NCBI GenBank assembly: GCA_052035175.1
Contig: JBPOHV010000001.1
Span: forward strand, 297,569-361,568
From: a candidate division WWE3 bacterium
GTDB lineage: Bacteria > Patescibacteriota > WWE3 > UBA101185 > UBA10185
Reading direction: 5' to 3'
DNA length: 64,000 nt
Shown: positions 49,621-60,011 of the stretch, in pieces
How the letters are laid out: each line of letters opens with the position of its first letter
How positions within the stretch are numbered: position 1 is the stretch's first letter
Program-made: the position numbers and the translations under genes
The notes under the pieces: model-generated
Told to the model about the DNA's origin: nothing
The model's input: the letters and a program-made list of their open reading frames with translations, nothing else
Database searches by the model: none

Positions 49621-50886
49621 ATGTCAAATCTACAAAAAAAAATACTAATCTTTTTACCAAAATTTCCTGTTTTGACAGAAACATTTATAGAAAGAGAGAT
49701 TTCTGAGTTGATATCAAATGCAAAGCTAGAGATTACCGTTTTGGCTTTGGAAAAGTCCAATGGTTTTGCCAGCGCTAGTACATTGGCAAGAACCACGTAT
49801 ATAAGCCTTACTCTGCAAGATTGTTTATTTGGTTTTGTGAAATATGGTTTGTTAAGACCTTTTTCTGCGCTTAAAGCTTTATTGCTTGTTTGTTCTAGTG
49901 ATAGAGTTCCATTTTTATTACCTTTAGGTGTATCAAAACTTGAGCACGAAACTAGTTTTATAAAAAAAATGACACTTTCTAGATTTGTGTTGTATTTGAA
50001 ATCTTTTGGGTATGCTTATATTTTCAAAAATTATAACCCAGAGCATTTGTGGGTACACTTTGCTGCTTCGCCTTCAACATTGGTGATGTGTGCCAGCATT
50101 TTGTTATCTGTACCGTATAGTATGTCGGTTCATGCGCGTGATGCAACTGTTGATGGTAGTTTATTGAAATCAAAGATTATTACAGCCAAAAATATCTTTG
50201 TCTGTAACAAATATGTTTATGAATTTATTTGCAAAGTTTTACCAAATGCAAAAAACATACACCTACAATATCATGGTGTTGATTTTGCAGCTTTTGATAA
50301 CTATAAAACCAATTCTTCTAAACAGGTTGTTCCGCTTATCGTAACTGTTTCGCGACTAGTAGAAAAAAAAGGTCAGACCTTTTTGATTGCAGCTGCAGAA
50401 ATTTTAAGAGCTAAAAATGAACAGTTCTTAATTTATATTATTGGCCCTGGTCCTTTGTATACTACTTTGTTAAATCAGATAGAGTCGGCGCAATTACACG
50501 AGTATGTCAAAATATTAGGCGGCGGTAATGGTCTTTCTTTTGAAGAAACTAAAGATATAGTTAGCGGGTGCGATATTTTTGTTTTTCCTGCTATAGAGAC
50601 TTTGGAAAAAGATGTCGATGGAATGCCAAATGGTGTACTTGAGGCAGCTGCATTCAAAAAACCATGTGTGGTGACTAATGCCGGCAGTGTTACTGATCTG
50701 ATAGACAATGGTAATACTGGTTTGGTTATAGCTCAAAAAGATCCACAGGCTTTGGCAGATGCTATTGTAAAGTTATTACACGATAAGTCTTTGGGAGCAA
50801 ATTTTGGCAGCGCTGCGTATACTAAAGCAAAATCTTTATTTGATCTTTCGCAGAATATAAAATTTTATGAAGAAAAGTTGATATGA
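49621..50886 (+). CDS. GT4 (GT-B) glycosyltransferase
   Basis: E-x7-E motif EGMPNGVLEAAAFKKP. Confidence 0.7.
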   Translation: MSNLQKKILIFLPKFPVLTETFIEREISELISNAKLEITVLALEKSNGFASASTLARTTYISLTLQDCLFGFVKYGLLRPFSALKALLLVCSSDRVPFLLPLGVSKLEHETSFIKKMTLSRFVLYLKSFGYAYIFKNYNPEHLWVHFAASPSTLVMCASILLSVPYSMSVHARDATVDGSLLKSKIITAKNIFVCNKYVYEFICKVLPNAKNIHLQYHGVDFAAFDNYKTNSSKQVVPLIVTVSRLVEKKGQTFLIAAAEILRAKNEQFLIYIIGPGPLYTTLLNQIESAQLHEYVKILGGGNGLSFEETKDIVSGCDIFVFPAIETLEKDVDGMPNGVLEAAAFKKPCVVTNAGSVTDLIDNGNTGLVIAQKDPQALADAIVKLLHDKSLGANFGSAAYTKAKSLFDLSQNIKFYEEKLI

Positions 50887-52109
50887 AAATTGCGGTATTT
50901 ATAAAAAAGACAACATTTCAAGCAGGATACGGCGGTTTGGAAACTCAAAACAAAGTTTTGTGTGAGTATTTAGTAAAGAATGGTCACGAGGTAACGGTAT
51001 TTGCCCCTATGTGGGATTTTGAGGATACTAAGAGAGAAGAGTCTGGTGTGACTTATATTTTTGTAAAAAGTGTATACAGATTATTGTTTGCCTTTAGTAA
51101 AACAAGCTGGGAAAACCAATCATATAATGCTTTTATGTCTTTGCATGCGCAGAATAACTTTGATTTAGTCGTCAGCCAAAGTTCCGCAGCTATTGGTGTT
51201 ATTAAAAGAAAGAATTCTATTAACATCCCTATAGTATCGATTGTCCATGGTTCGATAGTCGGAGAGATGCAATCTTTTTATCAATCTTTTGTAATTAGCA
51301 AAAAAAGCTTTGGTACATTATGGTTATTCATCAAAAATACAGGGTTTTCGCTTTACAATTTTTTTACGCGCCAGCGTTTATTTATTCATGGATCAAACAA
51401 AGTAATATGCGTTTCAAATTTTGTTAAGCGGTCATTAATAGAGGAAACTTTTGATGTAGCAGACAAGTTTGTAGTTATTTACAATTCTTTAGTAGAAACT
51501 AGTCATCAAAAACACGCTAGCAAAGAAATTGAAACTCCTTTTGAAAAGAAAGTTATTTATATCGGGCAAATTTCAAAACAAAAAGGTAGCGATATACTTT
51601 ATCGGTTAGCATGTGATCAGAAATTTTCTAATGTACAGTTTCATCTTATTGGAAGTGGTGACCTTTATGAAGAGTTATTTGAAAAAGCTCAAGAAAATAA
51701 TTTGGTCGAGAAATTTGTTTTGCATGGTCAATTAAGTTACAACCTTACACAACAGTTTTTATATGAAGGCCATTTTGATGCATTTGTTTTTCCGACTAGA
51801 CGAAAAGAAGGTTTGCCTATGGTTTTGATCGAAGCGCTTTCAGCAGGAATTCCCATAGTTGCTTTTGATTGTGGTGGTGTCGAAGATACAATAGAAGATG
51901 GAAAAACTGGTTATTTAGTAAATGCTGGTAAAATAGATATGTTAGAAGATAAACTGTTGGAAATTTTGAACAACAGTAAATTACGAGGTGATATGTCAGA
52001 AGCATCGATTTTGTTGGCTCGCCAAAAATTTGATATAGCTAAGATGGTACAAAATTATGAAAATGTATTTTTTGAGGTTATAAATGAACATACTAAGAAT
52101 AATTTATGA
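50883..52109 (+). CDS. GT4 (GT-B) glycosyltransferase
   Basis: EGLPMVLIEALSAGIPIVAFDCGG. Confidence 0.72.
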   Translation: MKIAVFIKKTTFQAGYGGLETQNKVLCEYLVKNGHEVTVFAPMWDFEDTKREESGVTYIFVKSVYRLLFAFSKTSWENQSYNAFMSLHAQNNFDLVVSQSSAAIGVIKRKNSINIPIVSIVHGSIVGEMQSFYQSFVISKKSFGTLWLFIKNTGFSLYNFFTRQRLFIHGSNKVICVSNFVKRSLIEETFDVADKFVVIYNSLVETSHQKHASKEIETPFEKKVIYIGQISKQKGSDILYRLACDQKFSNVQFHLIGSGDLYEELFEKAQENNLVEKFVLHGQLSYNLTQQFLYEGHFDAFVFPTRRKEGLPMVLIEALSAGIPIVAFDCGGVEDTIEDGKTGYLVNAGKIDMLEDKLLEILNNSKLRGDMSEASILLARQKFDIAKMVQNYENVFFEVINEHTKNNL

Positions 52110-53286
52110 TTGGCCACCTCCATGGATTGGGTTGTCTCCTCAACCATATGAATTAACAGTTTCGCAAGCAAAGAAAGCCAACAACATGACTGTTATGTGT
52201 GGAAGATGGCCAAAAAGCGGTGAACTGGTTGTTCCAGATAAAGTAAATGTCATTCCAATTTGGCGTGCTCCTTTTCAAGGTGCTTTATTTTTTACTAGCA
52301 GTGTATTGCTATTTTTAAAATATTTACGTTGGAGAAGAAAGCATAAACCCGATTTAATTCATATGCATGGTCATTTTGGTATCTGGATACTTTTGTACCG
52401 CTATTTTCTTTTCAAAGTATTTCCATGGTCAAAAGAATTGGATATTGTGTTAGTTGGCCATTTTCATAATACTGCTCAAGGTAGATGGGACAAAGCCACA
52501 CAAGAAAATAAAGAAATTAAAACAATGTCACGAAAAATTGAATGGCCGCTTATGGTTTTGGCCGATAAGCTAATATGCCAGTTGGCTTCTGCGTGTATTT
52601 TTGTTAGTGAGGACCTTAAAAGTGAGGCTATAAAATACTACACTGTAGATACATCAAAATGTTTTGTAGTCGAGTCTGGCGTAAATATAGATTTATTTCA
52701 GCCTGTAAAACCAGAAGAATATGATAAAACACGTCGAGATTTGGGATTTGATCCATATGACAAAGTCCTTTTATATTATGGATTTATCGTAGAAAGAAAA
52801 AATGTTCATTTATTGGTAGAAGCGCTGAAATATTTACCACAAGAGTACAAACTTATGTTATTAGGCACTAGCGATGCATCTTATATGGAAAAGCTAAATG
52901 AAATTATTATTAAAAATCATTTAGAACATCGTATTTTAAAGATGGGGTATACACCGTACCCGCAAATTCCTGTTGCTATTCAAGCTGCTAATATAGTTAT
53001 TTTGCCTTCTAGTTATGAGGGTATGCCAAAAGTTGTAACAGAATCTTTGGCTTGTGGTAAACCAGTGCTTGCATCTGGTTTTAAGATGAAAAGAGATATA
53101 AAAGGTCTATTTTATCTCGATAAATTAGATGCAAAATCAATTGCTGATAAAGTTCATGAGGTTTTGTCTTCTGTAGAGTCTAGCAAAGTTGATTTAGCTA
53201 CAATTCAACTTTATTACTCTTGGGATAAAAAAGTTGAAGAAATAGAAATAGCTTATAAATATGCATTTACTCACAAAGTTAGATAA
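52084..53286 (+). CDS. GT4 (GT-B) glycosyltransferase
   Basis: EGMPKVVTESLACGKPVLAS. Confidence 0.7.
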   Translation: MNILRIIYDWPPPWIGLSPQPYELTVSQAKKANNMTVMCGRWPKSGELVVPDKVNVIPIWRAPFQGALFFTSSVLLFLKYLRWRRKHKPDLIHMHGHFGIWILLYRYFLFKVFPWSKELDIVLVGHFHNTAQGRWDKATQENKEIKTMSRKIEWPLMVLADKLICQLASACIFVSEDLKSEAIKYYTVDTSKCFVVESGVNIDLFQPVKPEEYDKTRRDLGFDPYDKVLLYYGFIVERKNVHLLVEALKYLPQEYKLMLLGTSDASYMEKLNEIIIKNHLEHRILKMGYTPYPQIPVAIQAANIVILPSSYEGMPKVVTESLACGKPVLASGFKMKRDIKGLFYLDKLDAKSIADKVHEVLSSVESSKVDLATIQLYYSWDKKVEEIEIAYKYAFTHKVR

Positions 53287-54868
53287 ATACATTATTCCGC
53301 TAACTGTATTGTGTTTTATAGTTGTGCATATCTTTTTATTTAACGTAAATGCTACTGAATGGGGTGACAGTTATAGGATACTACGTGCAGCCAAGTCGCT
53401 TCAAACACATCAAGTATATCCATCGGATGAAAAACGTCCCCCGTTGTTATCAATAATCATTTCTTTGAATCCGTTGAATATAGACTTTGTAGTTTGGGGC
53501 AAAGTCATTTTGTTTATTTTTTCTATAGCATTCTTTTATACTTTCGCGCAGTTTTTGCGCTTGTTCGATTTTTCAAAAAATTCTGCTTATATCTTTTCGC
53601 TTGTGCTATCGCTCAGTCCAGTAGTTCTTTATTGGTCTATCAGAGTTATGGCTGACTTGCCTTTTGCAGTGTTGGCTCTTTTAGCAGTTTACGCCTTTAT
53701 AAAATATTCAAATAGAAAATATTCAAACAACTCAGTATACATAGGTAGCCTTTACAAAAACTGGTTTTTTGTCGGATTATTGGTTGGATTGTCAATTTTG
53801 ATGAGGTTTGAAGGTTACTTACTAATGGTCGCGTGTTTATATGGCGTCGGAGTACTAGGTTTTAAGCCGGCTAGTTTCGCAGAGTATTTTGATTTTAAAT
53901 CACAATTTAATTATTTGAGAAAGAACATTGTCGCAGTGGTGGCTTATCTATCTGGTGTGTTTATGTTTGTCTTGCCGCTTTGGTTTTATAGAAATCCTTT
54001 TACGTCTAGTTATTTATCAGAACCTGGAGGACGAGTTTATGATTTGAAAATGGTTATTACGTATATACTTTCTTTTTTGTTTATGTATGGGTGTACTTAT
54101 TATTTTGGTGTTTTGATGCTAGATCGACGTCATATAAAACTGTTAATTAACACTCCTGTTTTGTTAGCATATTTTGTCTTAGAAATGATTTTGATTTTAG
54201 TTTGGCCGGCTGCTATTCCAAGATTGTTTGTAGCAATTTCTTTCGTACCAGCACTTTTAATTTTTAAGAGCTTAGTAAATTTTTATGATTTAAAAAAGCA
54301 CTTGACTATCAAGCAATTACTTTTATTATTTGGGTTTTTTTTAACGTATGTTGTTACACAATATACTTTGAGGTTACAGTTTCTGGTGCCATTTAAAAGT
54401 TATTTGATGGCTACGATAGTTTTACAAATGTTATTGTTCGCATTACTCGTATTAAAAAGATACAAACTTTTTGTTATTTCTTCTTGTTTATTTATGCTTG
54501 TTTGGTCGGTGTTTGTTATTAAAGTCCATGAAAATATATTGCGTACACCAAAAGAAGCTGCAGAGTATGCAGTAACAAATCTTTCAGGTTTAGTTGGGTA
54601 TAATGATGTGAGTAGTGTGTCAGATTGGTATTTAAATTCAAATAACACTTCACAGATTAATGGAGTGTTTTATGATATTAATTCAAAAGAAAGCAAGTCT
54701 TATGAAATGCTTAGGCATATGAAAATAAATTATTTATTAGTTACAAATGAGCACAACCCAAATTTGGAGATAGATGTAAAATCAAGACTATACTTAGAAG
54801 AGATCGCTGAATTTAGATATAATACATTGGGTACAGATTTCTGGACAAAGGTTATAATGGTGAAGTAA
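53261..54868 (+). CDS. GT-C fold membrane glycosyltransferase (ArnT/PMT-like)
   Basis: More than 10 TM helices with a DEKRPPLL first-loop motif. Confidence 0.55.
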   Translation: MHLLTKLDKYIIPLTVLCFIVVHIFLFNVNATEWGDSYRILRAAKSLQTHQVYPSDEKRPPLLSIIISLNPLNIDFVVWGKVILFIFSIAFFYTFAQFLRLFDFSKNSAYIFSLVLSLSPVVLYWSIRVMADLPFAVLALLAVYAFIKYSNRKYSNNSVYIGSLYKNWFFVGLLVGLSILMRFEGYLLMVACLYGVGVLGFKPASFAEYFDFKSQFNYLRKNIVAVVAYLSGVFMFVLPLWFYRNPFTSSYLSEPGGRVYDLKMVITYILSFLFMYGCTYYFGVLMLDRRHIKLLINTPVLLAYFVLEMILILVWPAAIPRLFVAISFVPALLIFKSLVNFYDLKKHLTIKQLLLLFGFFLTYVVTQYTLRLQFLVPFKSYLMATIVLQMLLFALLVLKRYKLFVISSCLFMLVWSVFVIKVHENILRTPKEAAEYAVTNLSGLVGYNDVSSVSDWYLNSNNTSQINGVFYDINSKESKSYEMLRHMKINYLLVTNEHNPNLEIDVKSRLYLEEIAEFRYNTLGTDFWTKVIMVK

Positions 54869-55569
54869 TGCAAATAAAGAAATTATCTATCGTAATACCA
54901 GTTTACAATGAAAAGAACACTATTTTGACCTTGTTTGATCAGGTTTTAGCTGTAGATCTTGGGAATATTTTGAAAGAAATCATCATTGTAGATGATGGTT
55001 CAAAAGATGGCACAGTAGAGATCTTAAATGAAATTAAGCAAAGACATCCAGAAATAGTCTTAGTAATAAAAAATAAGAACGCTGGAAAAGGAGATACTTT
55101 GCGTGTTGGATTTTCGCATTCGACCGGTGATTATGTAATCGTTCAAGACGCAGACCTAGAGTATGATCCAAACGACTATAAGAAACTTATTAGGGCGCTT
55201 TTAGAAGAAAATGTCGATGCAGTATATGGTTCACGCTTTTCTGGTAACTATGAGCATATGTCAACACTGCATTATTTTGGTAATAAAGTTTTGACATTGA
55301 TCACCAATGTTTTATTTGGTGTTTTATTAACTGATATGGAAACTTGTTACAAACTTATTCCAGGTGATTTTGCAAGAAAAGTCCAGATAACATCAGCACG
55401 ATTTAACTTTGAACCCGAGATAACAGCGAAGCTCTTGAAAGCAGGTTTAAAAATACGAGAAGTTCCTATTTCATATAGCGGTAGGAAATTTAGCGAAGGC
55501 AAAAAAATTACGTGGCGCGACGGTATCACTGCTTTATTTACTCTTATAAAATTTAGATTTTTAAATTGA
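54868..55569 (+). CDS. GT2 glycosyltransferase (Dpm1-like)
   Basis: VIPVYNE...VDDGSKDGT...QDADLEYDP. Confidence 0.75.
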   Translation: MQIKKLSIVIPVYNEKNTILTLFDQVLAVDLGNILKEIIIVDDGSKDGTVEILNEIKQRHPEIVLVIKNKNAGKGDTLRVGFSHSTGDYVIVQDADLEYDPNDYKKLIRALLEENVDAVYGSRFSGNYEHMSTLHYFGNKVLTLITNVLFGVLLTDMETCYKLIPGDFARKVQITSARFNFEPEITAKLLKAGLKIREVPISYSGRKFSEGKKITWRDGITALFTLIKFRFLN

Positions 55570-57662
55570 TTATGCGTTATCTTGTGTCAAAACTTACAAA
55601 TAAGCGTCTGTTACTAATTGTTTTATTTTTGCATGCTTTTTTATTTTTGCTAGTCAGTTTAAAAATTAACTTTTTTAGATATAACAATTTTGATTTTGGG
55701 AAATTTGATTTGGGTAATATGACTCAAATGGTGTGGAATGTTTTGCATGGAAACGGTTTGTCTTTGACAGATTATTTTGGAACGAATCTACCACGCTGGG
55801 CAATGAGTCATGTTGATCCTATATTGTATCTTTTTGTTCCAGTTTTTGCTGTGTTTCCGCATCCTATGACGCTCGTAGTGTCTCAAGTAATTTTGATAAC
55901 TTTTTCTTGTTATGTTGTTTTTTTGATCGCACGCTTAAGGTTAAAATCTGATCTTGCTGCATTTTTTATTGCTTCCGCTTTTTTGCTATACCCAGCTATT
56001 GGATTTCTATCAGCATGGACTGGGTTCCACGGTGTTACCGCTGTGATCCCATTTTTCTTCATTGCTTTTTATTTATTTGAAAAAATGTATTTTACAAATA
56101 CATTCACAAAAAAGAATATTCTTTTGTTTTGGCTATTTATAGTATTGAGCGCTATGGGAAAGGAACAAGTATCAGCATACATTGCAATCTTTGGTGGCTT
56201 TATTTATTTTTATCGTCCGCTTGCAAAAAAATTGGGATTACAACTGTTTGTGCTTGGAAGCTTATGGTTTAGTTTATGTTTTTTTGTGATAATTCCTCAT
56301 TACGCATCGTATCGTGTCGCAGGTTATGAACATTTTGCGGAGAGGCTTGGTATAGCAGGAGAAAATAAAGTCGATGTTTCACTGCCAAATTACTTTTTGA
56401 GCAGGTACGATGACTTTGGGGACTCATATCTAGATATATTTATAAATGTAGTTTTAGATTATAAACAAGCCATTAACGTCTTTTTTGGTGGAGATAGACT
56501 TGAAAATTTTGCTCACACGTTTGTACCAGTACTTTATTTGCCTTTATTGTATCCACAATTGTTAATATTATCTGCGCCAGACTTTTTTGCAAATTATTTG
56601 ACAACAGCAAGCGGTGTAGGTACTTCTGAAATTTATAATCATAGAATTTCGATGATAGTCCCTGTTTTATTTATAAGTACTATCTATGCAATCGGTTATA
56701 TAGCTGATTGGCTTGGTGTGTATAAAAGTAAAATAAAATTTACCACTACATCTGTAATTGTTATTTTATCTTTGTTAGTGCTTATAAGCAGTTTGTATAC
56801 AACTTATAAATATGAAAATCCTATTTATTTGTGGATAACACAAGCTGTAAAGAAGAGATTACCTGTAGCATTTGCAAAGACAGCAGAGCATGAGGTGTAT
56901 AGCGATGACTTAAATATTGGTGATGTAGTGCGGCTTACGCCTTTGGAAGAAAAAGATAGAGAATGTGCAAATCAAATCGTATCACTCATACCCGATTATG
57001 TGTCTGTTTCAGGACCAGATTATCTTGGTGCTCATTTATCTATGCGTCAGACTTATGCAATTTTTCCTGCTTTATTTGATGAGGCAGATTATGTAATTGT
57101 TGATGTATTTTCACAAAAGATTTCTAGGATTTTAGATTTGGACCTTGGCTTAGTTCCAGATGTTATCGAAAATCTTATTAAAAACAAAGATTATGAACAA
57201 TTAACTGCATGTGGTAACTTATATGTTTTCAAACGTGTTGGCGCGCACGAAGTGCGCGCCATGTTACCCCAACAAGAACGTCGTACGTATGAAGAAAAAG
57301 TAAATTATTTACTTATGAAATCAGTTTACTTAGTAGATTATGATGTACCGTCAGAGATTTCTAAGAATGAAAGTACCAAAGCAAAATTCGTATATTCAAA
57401 AAAAGACAATGACAGTCTAGAAAGTTTTGTATTTTTTACAACATTTATAAATAAAGTAACTGGTGAGATTTACCAAGTTGCTAATTTACCATCATTTGCA
57501 TTTATAACGCCAGATGATTGGTTGCAAGACTATTATTATATAGAGGAGATTGATATAAATGTTCCAGATGGTGTCGATGCAGGCGTATATAAATTATTTG
57601 TTGGAGCAACTAATAAAATTAGTTCTCGAAGTATTTACTTAGGAGAGATATCACTAAAGTAA
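55566..57662 (+). CDS. DUF2079-like integral membrane protein (GT-C-like) with a C-terminal soluble domain
   Basis: FDLGNMTQMVWNVLHGNG...SHVDPILYLFVP...LVVSQVILI resembles the DUF2079 N-terminal signature. Confidence 0.5.
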   Translation: MIMRYLVSKLTNKRLLLIVLFLHAFLFLLVSLKINFFRYNNFDFGKFDLGNMTQMVWNVLHGNGLSLTDYFGTNLPRWAMSHVDPILYLFVPVFAVFPHPMTLVVSQVILITFSCYVVFLIARLRLKSDLAAFFIASAFLLYPAIGFLSAWTGFHGVTAVIPFFFIAFYLFEKMYFTNTFTKKNILLFWLFIVLSAMGKEQVSAYIAIFGGFIYFYRPLAKKLGLQLFVLGSLWFSLCFFVIIPHYASYRVAGYEHFAERLGIAGENKVDVSLPNYFLSRYDDFGDSYLDIFINVVLDYKQAINVFFGGDRLENFAHTFVPVLYLPLLYPQLLILSAPDFFANYLTTASGVGTSEIYNHRISMIVPVLFISTIYAIGYIADWLGVYKSKIKFTTTSVIVILSLLVLISSLYTTYKYENPIYLWITQAVKKRLPVAFAKTAEHEVYSDDLNIGDVVRLTPLEEKDRECANQIVSLIPDYVSVSGPDYLGAHLSMRQTYAIFPALFDEADYVIVDVFSQKISRILDLDLGLVPDVIENLIKNKDYEQLTACGNLYVFKRVGAHEVRAMLPQQERRTYEEKVNYLLMKSVYLVDYDVPSEISKNESTKAKFVYSKKDNDSLESFVFFTTFINKVTGEIYQVANLPSFAFITPDDWLQDYYYIEEIDINVPDGVDAGVYKLFVGATNKISSRSIYLGEISLK

Positions 57663-57672
57663 AAACAACTTT

Positions 57673-59145
57673 ATGCAACATAAATCTTTAATCTTATGGC
57701 AAATAGTCAGCTTGATATCTCGCGGGTTGGCAATGGCTTTGGGTATTGCGCAAAGTATTGTATTGGTACGTATCCTAAGTGTTTCCGAGTGGGGATTAAA
57801 AGACATAGCTTTATCTGTAGGTGGTGCTTTGGGGATTTATCAACATTTGGGTTTATCTTCTGGTAGTGTAAGAGAAATCTCTTCAGCAAAAAATGATGCA
57901 GAAGTTTTTAAGATCTTTATTACGTCTGTCATTATACGTTATATAATTACTTTTCCTTTGGGTGTAGGTTTATTTATTTTTTCAAACCGCATAGCTATTG
58001 GCGTTTATAATAACCCAGATTTAGTCTTACCATTAAAATTGTACGCATTAGTTATACTCATTCAAGGGTTGCAAGGTTTGATGAATGCAGTTATATCTGG
58101 TCTCAAAAGATTTAAGCATTTATTCATTTATCAGGTTGTAATTTCTGTAGTAAGCTTACTTATTTTTATCCCATTAGTTTACATGTATCGTGTGCCAGGC
58201 TTCTTTTATGCTCTTGTTATTTTTAATGTCATAAGTACTGTGAGTTTAGCAGTACTGGCTTTTGCTCCATTGCGGGCAAGTCTTGTATTACCTAGCAAAG
58301 CAGATTTTGTACGTCTTTTTAAAGAAATCTTTTCGATTAGTATGGCAATTTATCTTGTAAAAATAATATATACAAATTGGGATAAGTTTGGTGGATATAC
58401 TTTGGGCGCTGTTACTACTCCAGAGATGGTAGGGTATTTTACATTCGCGATGCTGTTTGCAAAGAAAATAGTCAGCGTCTCAGATGCAGTTACTGATGTA
58501 AACTTGCCTGTCATGTCAGAGACATATTCTCAAAATGTAGCAGAGTTCAAAGATTTATTTAAGAAGAATTTTGATAAATTATTTTTATTTGTCATTATTT
58601 CATCTTCTGTTGCGGTATATTGGTCACCGGAGTTAATCGATTTAGCAGCTGGGGCAGGTAAGTATACCGCTTCATTTCCACTAATATTACCTTTGGTCGC
58701 TGCATCTGTGGCTTATTCACTTATGAATATTATTAAATCTAGCATTTATATACCTGCAAAACTGATTAAAGAAATGATTTTGAGTTTTGTCGTCTTACTT
58801 GGTGCTAGTGTTGTTAGCTTTGTGATCTTAAAATTTTCTGTAGGATTATTAACTGCTATGGCGTATGCTTTGTTGGTTGGCAGTATATTGGCGCTTTTAT
58901 TAATGTCATATTATTCTCAAAAAAAAGTTGCACTATCAATTTTTGATAAGCGCCATTTGTATTATGCAGTTCAAGCTTTAGCAGTGTGTTGTATGAGTAT
59001 TATTGGGGCGTTGTGGTTCAAGATATTAGTATTTGCTATTGCTTTACCTCTACTTGTTTTAGGTGCTTTTTTGTGCAACTTCATTTCTTATAGCGATATT
59101 ATAAAGATAAAAAATCTATTTACTACAAAGTTTAGAAAAGCATGA
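57673..59145 (+). CDS. oligosaccharide flippase (Wzx/MOP family)
   Basis: 12-14 TM helices and flippase-like length and pattern. Confidence 0.6.
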   Translation: MQHKSLILWQIVSLISRGLAMALGIAQSIVLVRILSVSEWGLKDIALSVGGALGIYQHLGLSSGSVREISSAKNDAEVFKIFITSVIIRYIITFPLGVGLFIFSNRIAIGVYNNPDLVLPLKLYALVILIQGLQGLMNAVISGLKRFKHLFIYQVVISVVSLLIFIPLVYMYRVPGFFYALVIFNVISTVSLAVLAFAPLRASLVLPSKADFVRLFKEIFSISMAIYLVKIIYTNWDKFGGYTLGAVTTPEMVGYFTFAMLFAKKIVSVSDAVTDVNLPVMSETYSQNVAEFKDLFKKNFDKLFLFVIISSSVAVYWSPELIDLAAGAGKYTASFPLILPLVAASVAYSLMNIIKSSIYIPAKLIKEMILSFVVLLGASVVSFVILKFSVGLLTAMAYALLVGSILALLLMSYYSQKKVALSIFDKRHLYYAVQALAVCCMSIIGALWFKILVFAIALPLLVLGAFLCNFISYSDIIKIKNLFTTKFRKA

Positions 59146-60011
59146 AAAAATATAAAACATTTATTAAGGTTTTTGTTAGTATAGGCTTACTAGTATATCT
59201 TTTTTTCACTGTAGATTTTGTATTGTTACTACAAAGTTTTAAAAGCTTCAACCCAGTCTATATTCCTGTTGTTTTACTTTTTTTGCTACTGAACTATGTT
59301 GTTAGTTCTATCAGGTGGAAATCACTTTTGATTTTTGAAAACACTCAAGATGTTAGTCTATTTTATTTGATCAAATTATATTTTATTGGTTCATTTTTCA
59401 ATAATTTTATGCCTACTAGTATAGGAGGCGATGTATATAAAATTTACGCTTTGGGAAAAAAGATAAACAATAACTCGCACGCATTCTCTGCAACTTTTAT
59501 GGAGAGGTTTACTGGCGTTTTGGCATTAGTTTTGATTTCTGTAGTTGCTACCATTAAGCAATATGGGTATTTAGGTGTTTTAGCATTTTTAGGGTTTTGG
59601 CTAGGTTTGTACTTTGGAGTAAAAGTTTTTTATATAGTATCCAAACGGGTGCAAAAGCTTTCGGGTATTCGAGAATCATTTGATGTATATAAAAATAACA
59701 GAACACTCCTTGTTACTGCGCTAGCCACTTCATTTATTATTCAAATAATTTCAATCCTCACCCAATATTTTATTATAGTTGCGCTTGGTTTAAATATTTC
59801 TATTGTATATGCATTTTTAGTTTTGCCTTTTATTACTCTCGCAAGTTTTATTATTCCTTCATTAAATGGTGTTGGTGTACAAGATAGTTTATATATAAGC
59901 TTATTAGGTTTATCTGCGGAAGCTGCGCTTAGTGCTTCGGTGATGTATCATTTGTTTAGATTAGTTATAAGTTTGATTGGCGGATTATTTTATGCGATTG
60001 ATAAAGAATAA
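59142..60011 (+). CDS. UPF0104/flippase-like (LPG-synthase TM-region-like) membrane protein
   Basis: TSIGGDVYKIYAL motif with 6-8 TM helices. Confidence 0.55.
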   Translation: MKKYKTFIKVFVSIGLLVYLFFTVDFVLLLQSFKSFNPVYIPVVLLFLLLNYVVSSIRWKSLLIFENTQDVSLFYLIKLYFIGSFFNNFMPTSIGGDVYKIYALGKKINNNSHAFSATFMERFTGVLALVLISVVATIKQYGYLGVLAFLGFWLGLYFGVKVFYIVSKRVQKLSGIRESFDVYKNNRTLLVTALATSFIIQIISILTQYFIIVALGLNISIVYAFLVLPFITLASFIIPSLNGVGVQDSLYISLLGLSAEAALSASVMYHLFRLVISLIGGLFYAIDKE